Shown here piece by piece: positions 59,395 to 64,000 of a stretch of 64,000 nt of DNA. Position numbers and translations under genes: made by a program. Origin of the DNA: an uncultured virus (IMG/VR IMGVR_UViG_3300025771_003046) (Duplodnaviria > Heunggongvirae > Uroviricota > Caudoviricetes); IMG/VR virus record IMGVR_UViG_3300025771_003046, one strand, 5' to 3'. The stretch's first letter is position 1. Each line of letters begins with the position of its first letter. Under the pieces are notes generated by a model. That model was not told the origin of the DNA and did no database searches. It saw only the letters and a list, made by a program, of their open reading frames with translations.

Positions 59395-59832
59395 TTAATC
59401 TTTAGTACTTTGTTGATCAAATCGAAACAATAATTGCTCTGAAATATTGTAAGGCAGATAGGATAATAAACAACTTACTTCAATACCTGATTCATAAGTA
59501 TCAACAAATACATTCTCAACTTGAACTCTCGGATCATAGTTTACAATATTTGTAACATTCTCTAATATAGCATCTCGCACATCATCAGTAAATGGTTCCC
59601 ATAATAGATCCCAAATTACACATCCAAAATACGGATCACTTAGTTTTTCGCCACGTTGTATATGGAAATGATTAATAATGTCTTGTTTAATAAGCTCAAA
59701 ATCATATAATGCAAATCCTTCGGTATTTTCGTTAATACTAGAGAATCCTCTATAAGATCTTCCAACTGATGATGGCGTCGGTTTACCTTGTACAGTAACC
59801 CTTTTGTATAGATTTTTTTCTAATGAACTCAT
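59395..59832 (-). CDS. Baseplate wedge subunit, T4 gp25-like (GPW/gp25 family)
   Basis: YRGFS, IKQDIINHF.IQRGEK..DP.FG...DLLWEP, NYDPRV. Confidence 0.9.
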   Translation of the reverse strand: MSSLEKNLYKRVTVQGKPTPSSVGRSYRGFSSINENTEGFALYDFELIKQDIINHFHIQRGEKLSDPYFGCVIWDLLWEPFTDDVRDAILENVTNIVNYDPRVQVENVFVDTYESGIEVSCLLSYLPYNISEQLLFRFDQQSTKD

Positions 59833-59844
59833 ACTGTATTTACC

Positions 59845-62808
59845 TTATGCAAATGCTGATCGAATACGAGTATTTTGCTGAGCTCTACCACTAGATATTT
59901 TAGAAGCCCATGTTGCTGTTTGATTATACCAAGAAAAGCCGCCGCCTCTGTCATTTCCAACAATATCTACGTGTATATTACTAGGCCAAGACATATAAGG
60001 TCTACCATTCTTTTTGTAGCCACCTACAGCACTACTTCCGCCGTATTTAATAAACAGTCTTCCAAATTCTGCACCTAACGCAGTATTCCATAATATTTGA
60101 TTTTCTGGACTTACTGAGTTTTCATAAATTCTAATATCAGCAGCAGATCCAAAATTGTGTCTAGGCGAACCCGTGCCTACTAATATGTCAGGTTCAGATG
60201 GATGTATCCAGCCTTTTTGACCGCCGATATACCCTTCCCAGCCGCCTTCTGATAGGCACTGATCTTTTGGCATTTGCCCGCCGCTAAAGATTTCTACTTT
60301 TACATCTAATTCTAGTGCAACTTTAATTAATAAATCTTCAAGTCGTTGTTCGCATCTAAGCCTGCGAGCCTTACCTTTACAATCATAGTATAACGGATCT
60401 CTGTTTACTCCTTCTTCACCGTACTTTACTTTGCCGTATGCTTTTCCAGTTCCCGAATATGGACGATAATCAGGATCAGTTGCAGGTGGAGTTTGTGAAC
60501 TTGGTGTTCGATCAATCGGCATAGTATCAGCATCGTCGTTTTCGCCACTGTTAGGTATAGTACTGCTAGTAATATTACCGCCTGTGCCTAATACTCTGAT
60601 AGAACTAGCAGATGATTTACCTTTATCAAACGCATCAGGAGAAACAAACACATCAGTACTTGTAAGTGTACCAATCGATTCTCTGTCTGTTTTGTCTCTT
60701 TTAAATTCTACAGGGTTTAAATTCTCATGATGTGGCCAAGGCTCGTGCTGCGGTGCTCTTGGTACAATAGTTTGGTACGGAACTGGAGTAGGATTACCTG
60801 GAAATACATATGGAAGTGTATGAGTACTTAAAGGCGTAACGTTACCATATCCTCCGCTATCTCCATTAGCCTTACCTCCATTATCTCCTCCAGATGATAA
60901 TCCAGGATTTGCGTTTACTAACGCACCTGATGCAGTTTTATTAGGTAACGGTAACTTCGTATTTTTTGCTAACGCCGCAGGTATTGATGTTGGTTCTGAT
61001 CCTGAAAAACTAAAACTATGCGAATTTAATTTTTGATCATCGCCGGATCCAGTATCAGACCATACACCGCCGGCAGTTGTTCCGTTAACACTACCTGCTG
61101 TTAGGGCTGAAACATCTGTTGTTAATTTAACTTGTAAATTTCCATCAATATAACTATCAGTTGCTTTTATATTAACTAGACTAGATTCTATATCTAATTC
61201 GCCTATACTTTTATGATGAATTGTTCCTGCTGACAGATTGCTAATCTTAGAAGTATCAGCAGTTAATGTTTCGTTAACAATATTCTTTTGTGCAACATTT
61301 TGTATATCACCAACTATAGTTTTGTTTAATATATTTTGTCCAGCTGTTGTGTTTATAGTGTTACCAACTTTGGTGTTTATATCCTCGCCAATATTAAAGT
61401 TTGCAAATTCACCGTCTAAGTGATAAATTCCTTCTACAAAATCATACATATTAGACCCAGATGTTCTATAAAAACTATTCGCTGACTTTAAATGTATGTC
61501 GCCTTCAGACTCTAAATAAATATGTTTTGCTTTAATACTTAATATTTCATTTTGTGAGAAATTATTAGCGCCGCCTGCAGAAGTATTGTTATTACCTTTT
61601 ACAGCAACATTGTAATCTCGTTCTGCAAGAATATTTGTATCGAATAAACTTTCAATTTGCACTCGGCCACTTTCAATACCGGCTTCACTTGCCTTATAAT
61701 CACTCCAACGTGCAGACGCTTTAACATTTACATTTCTACCTGCTTCCATATTGATATCACGTTCGGCAGTAAAATTCAAGTCAGTATCTGTCATTATCGA
61801 AATACTGTCTTGAGCATGTATATCTATTTTACCGTCTGACGATAATTCAATCCAAGCAGTACCTCTTGAATTAGCAATATAGATTAAATCTTCTGAATTA
61901 TGTAATAAAATCTGATGTCCGGTTCTAGTTCTAAAACGCATTAATTCATTATGAGGAATAGTTTCGTCGCCGCCTTCTTCTAGTCGCTGTCTATTAATAT
62001 ATATAGGCGGTCCATCCTCAGCATGTGTTGCTCTTATTAACTTATCGTCTCCGTCATCCATTACAAAACTACTACCACCGAGTCTATTAAACGGTACTTC
62101 AACGCCCCCGTCGGTTTCGCCATAATGAGATTTAGGACTACCCTGACGCTTATCCATCGGTCCTGGAGTAGAAAGTCCAAATACCATACTTGGTACTTCT
62201 CTTACTGCGCTTGTTGTAGTTGTTCCTCTTGCTTCGTCTTCAAGTAATCCCTGAATCTGTAAAACACTTGTAAAATCTTTATTATATGGTCTAGCAAACT
62301 GTGACGGATTTGTCTTTTCACCTGTTTCAAACGCTTTATTATATTCGCCTACAGGTAGTTTTTTACCTCTTAATTCTTTTGGAGTTCTTTCTGTAGTATT
62401 TTTTGTGCTAGGACGTCCGTCTGGTATTGAAAAATTCATATTTTGATCAGGTATACATCCAATCCAATAACCATTACTAGAATTTCCTTCTGCAAATATA
62501 ACCAATACTCTAGTTCCATAATCTGGTGGAACTGCCCACATACCATAACTTTTTTGAGAATTTTCAAAACCGTCTTTAGCCTTTAAATTATTTACTGGTG
62601 TTACTCCATAAAAAGGAGATAGGTATTTTACCTTTACTAGTTGTCCACTACGTTGCGGTGTATTACTGGCTGCATTATGTCGTAAAATTTCAACCTCTAA
62701 CGACCCTTGATAATGAGGATCTAAATGGTTTATAATTATGGCTTCAAACGGGCCAGGGCCTCGTAGATTTGCATTTTTTAAAAGTCTAGTTCTTTTATAA
62801 CTTAACAT
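59845..62808 (-). CDS. Baseplate hub/central spike, gp5/VgrG-like, with C-terminal M15-type peptidase
   Basis: N-terminal OB-fold motifs (DP..QG.LEV, PPDYGTRVLVIF..G), RTRTGHQI, 8-residue beta-helix repeats, HEPWPHHE, then SPRHNFGSAADI...IHVD. Confidence 0.82.
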   Translation of the reverse strand: MLSYKRTRLLKNANLRGPGPFEAIIINHLDPHYQGSLEVEILRHNAASNTPQRSGQLVKVKYLSPFYGVTPVNNLKAKDGFENSQKSYGMWAVPPDYGTRVLVIFAEGNSSNGYWIGCIPDQNMNFSIPDGRPSTKNTTERTPKELRGKKLPVGEYNKAFETGEKTNPSQFARPYNKDFTSVLQIQGLLEDEARGTTTTSAVREVPSMVFGLSTPGPMDKRQGSPKSHYGETDGGVEVPFNRLGGSSFVMDDGDDKLIRATHAEDGPPIYINRQRLEEGGDETIPHNELMRFRTRTGHQILLHNSEDLIYIANSRGTAWIELSSDGKIDIHAQDSISIMTDTDLNFTAERDINMEAGRNVNVKASARWSDYKASEAGIESGRVQIESLFDTNILAERDYNVAVKGNNNTSAGGANNFSQNEILSIKAKHIYLESEGDIHLKSANSFYRTSGSNMYDFVEGIYHLDGEFANFNIGEDINTKVGNTINTTAGQNILNKTIVGDIQNVAQKNIVNETLTADTSKISNLSAGTIHHKSIGELDIESSLVNIKATDSYIDGNLQVKLTTDVSALTAGSVNGTTAGGVWSDTGSGDDQKLNSHSFSFSGSEPTSIPAALAKNTKLPLPNKTASGALVNANPGLSSGGDNGGKANGDSGGYGNVTPLSTHTLPYVFPGNPTPVPYQTIVPRAPQHEPWPHHENLNPVEFKRDKTDRESIGTLTSTDVFVSPDAFDKGKSSASSIRVLGTGGNITSSTIPNSGENDDADTMPIDRTPSSQTPPATDPDYRPYSGTGKAYGKVKYGEEGVNRDPLYYDCKGKARRLRCEQRLEDLLIKVALELDVKVEIFSGGQMPKDQCLSEGGWEGYIGGQKGWIHPSEPDILVGTGSPRHNFGSAADIRIYENSVSPENQILWNTALGAEFGRLFIKYGGSSAVGGYKKNGRPYMSWPSNIHVDIVGNDRGGGFSWYNQTATWASKISSGRAQQNTRIRSAFA

Positions 62809-62833
62809 TTTTACTACCTATATTTGTCATTAT

Positions 62834-64000
62834 TTAAAATGTAATTAATTCTGTTGTGCCGTCTGCTCTTAATATTTCATAATTTATATATACATTTGAT
62901 TCAGTAAGATAACCTGTAAACAAATCTCCTTCATTTAAATTATTTTCTACATCAGGAAAGTCTGCTGGTACATAAAAACCAGTTATTGTACGGCCTGGAG
63001 CATTTATTTGTGCTCTGCCATCGGAGTTAGTAGAAATACTAGATACTAATTCATCATAATCTGATGAAGTGAATCGAATGTTTTCTGCTAGACGCTTTTT
63101 AGCTTCAACTTTGTTGCTGTATGTGTTTCTTTTTATCTTTTCAAAAGAATTTTCCATAGCGCCAGAACCGTTATACATAAATTCATACCCTGGTTTAGTA
63201 ACTATAACCTCTCCCGTGTTTGAATATGATATGTCAGTATCTTTAGGTGCTTCGCCTATTACTGCACCTGTTGTTGCATCGATAATTTGTCCGTCACTTT
63301 CTACTGTTTCGTAAGATGCTAAAGCTTCGAGGAATTCGTCGTCGTTTGCTGGAGGCAAATAACCCGATGACTGTTTCTTAGACACTATATCACGTTTCCA
63401 TTCTGTAATTGAAGTGGAAGATCTACTAATAGTTTTTGTTGTTGGTAAAGGTTTTTCAGACAACCCTACGGTACCGGCTGGCCTGTTATTAAATGTTTCG
63501 CTATAATAAGAAACTGGATTAGACAAGTTTGTCTCAATAGTATTCTGTCTATCGGGTGAATAAAATTCGTCTTTAAATTTATCAGATCGTTTTTTTAAAT
63601 TGTTAATATTCTCTATTTCCCTAGGATCATTTAGGTCAATTCCTTTTGTTGCAACATAAGTGTTTCTCATACTTGTAAGATCATATACACTAGATGCTTC
63701 TTTATAATAACTAGCAGTAATTTTAGCACCTATCGTAGGGTCATATACAAGGTCAGGCGTTGATACTAAATCTACGCCGATTTTGTCTGACATTTTTCTA
63801 TAATTATCTTCTCCGGCTAACCCAATAAATCCTCTAGGTTTAAATGCAGAGCCGCCAGCGTATGCATAAATTTCATCAAAGAATAAATCAGGATCTCCTT
63901 TTATAGCATCTAAAGTTGAATCAGTAATATTTTCTGCTAATGGTCCGTATTCGTATCTTATTTGTTCATTTGAGAAACCTGCAACACTTTTAGTTGCGTT
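62834..64000 (-). CDS. Partial tail-associated protein with GH19 lysozyme/chitinase-like segment (5' end outside the window)
   Basis: The frame stays open from 63793 to 64000 and reads GGSAFKPRGFIGLAGEDNYRKMSDKIGVDLVSTPDL, resembling the GH19 signature YxGRGxIQLTGxxNY...IGxDLVxxPDL. Confidence 0.65.
   Translation of the reverse strand, partial: NATKSVAGFSNEQIRYEYGPLAENITDSTLDAIKGDPDLFFDEIYAYAGGSAFKPRGFIGLAGEDNYRKMSDKIGVDLVSTPDLVYDPTIGAKITASYYKEASSVYDLTSMRNTYVATKGIDLNDPREIENINNLKKRSDKFKDEFYSPDRQNTIETNLSNPVSYYSETFNNRPAGTVGLSEKPLPTTKTISRSSTSITEWKRDIVSKKQSSGYLPPANDDEFLEALASYETVESDGQIIDATTGAVIGEAPKDTDISYSNTGEVIVTKPGYEFMYNGSGAMENSFEKIKRNTYSNKVEAKKRLAENIRFTSSDYDELVSSISTNSDGRAQINAPGRTITGFYVPADFPDVENNLNEGDLFTGYLTESNVYINYEILRADGTTELITF

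Noticed and set aside
59378..59396. Possible terminator hairpin between the gp25-like and gp6-like genes
   Set aside because: AT-rich stem with a mismatch on the coding strand, a 3-nt loop and no convincing U tract.
1..64000. CRISPR array, tRNA, intron/intein, diversity-generating retroelement, stop-codon reassignment
   Set aside because: No spaced direct repeats, cloverleaf, reverse transcriptase, homing endonuclease or intein motifs were seen. Intergenic gaps are tiny and ORFs tile the window under the standard code.

Overview
AT-rich, densely coding segment of a large T4-related (jumbo-type) myovirus genome. No tRNA, rRNA, CRISPR array, integrase or transposase was recognised. The right half (33.1-64 kb, all minus strand) is a baseplate/tail module: a partial GH19-like protein, a gp5-like spike with a C-terminal M15-type peptidase, gp25-like and gp6-like wedge proteins, a 4723-aa virion protein, three paralogous tail-fibre proteins and two paralogous structural proteins. 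Directly downstream (0.7-33 kb) lie about 36 tightly packed ORFs, mostly modifying enzymes. These include 8 radical SAM proteins (5 with B12-binding-like N-termini, 3 of them tandem paralogs, and 1 Tes/MJ0619-like), about 7 putative glycosyltransferases of 3 types, and 3 SGNH-like proteins. There is also a four-gene NDP-heptose-like pathway, a split TPP enzyme with RmlC-like and NAD-dependent epimerases (a branched-sugar signature), a pentein amidinotransferase, a class III aminotransferase, 2 oxygenase-like proteins and 2 methyltransferases. Another tail-fibre-like gene follows at the left edge. T4-like late-promoter boxes (TATAAATA/TAAATA) precede both structural and enzyme units, and a consensus sigma70 promoter heads the long enzyme operon. 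Best hypothesis (inference): a phage-encoded system that builds unusual sugars and decorates the virion. All family calls come from motifs recognised by eye; no searches were run.
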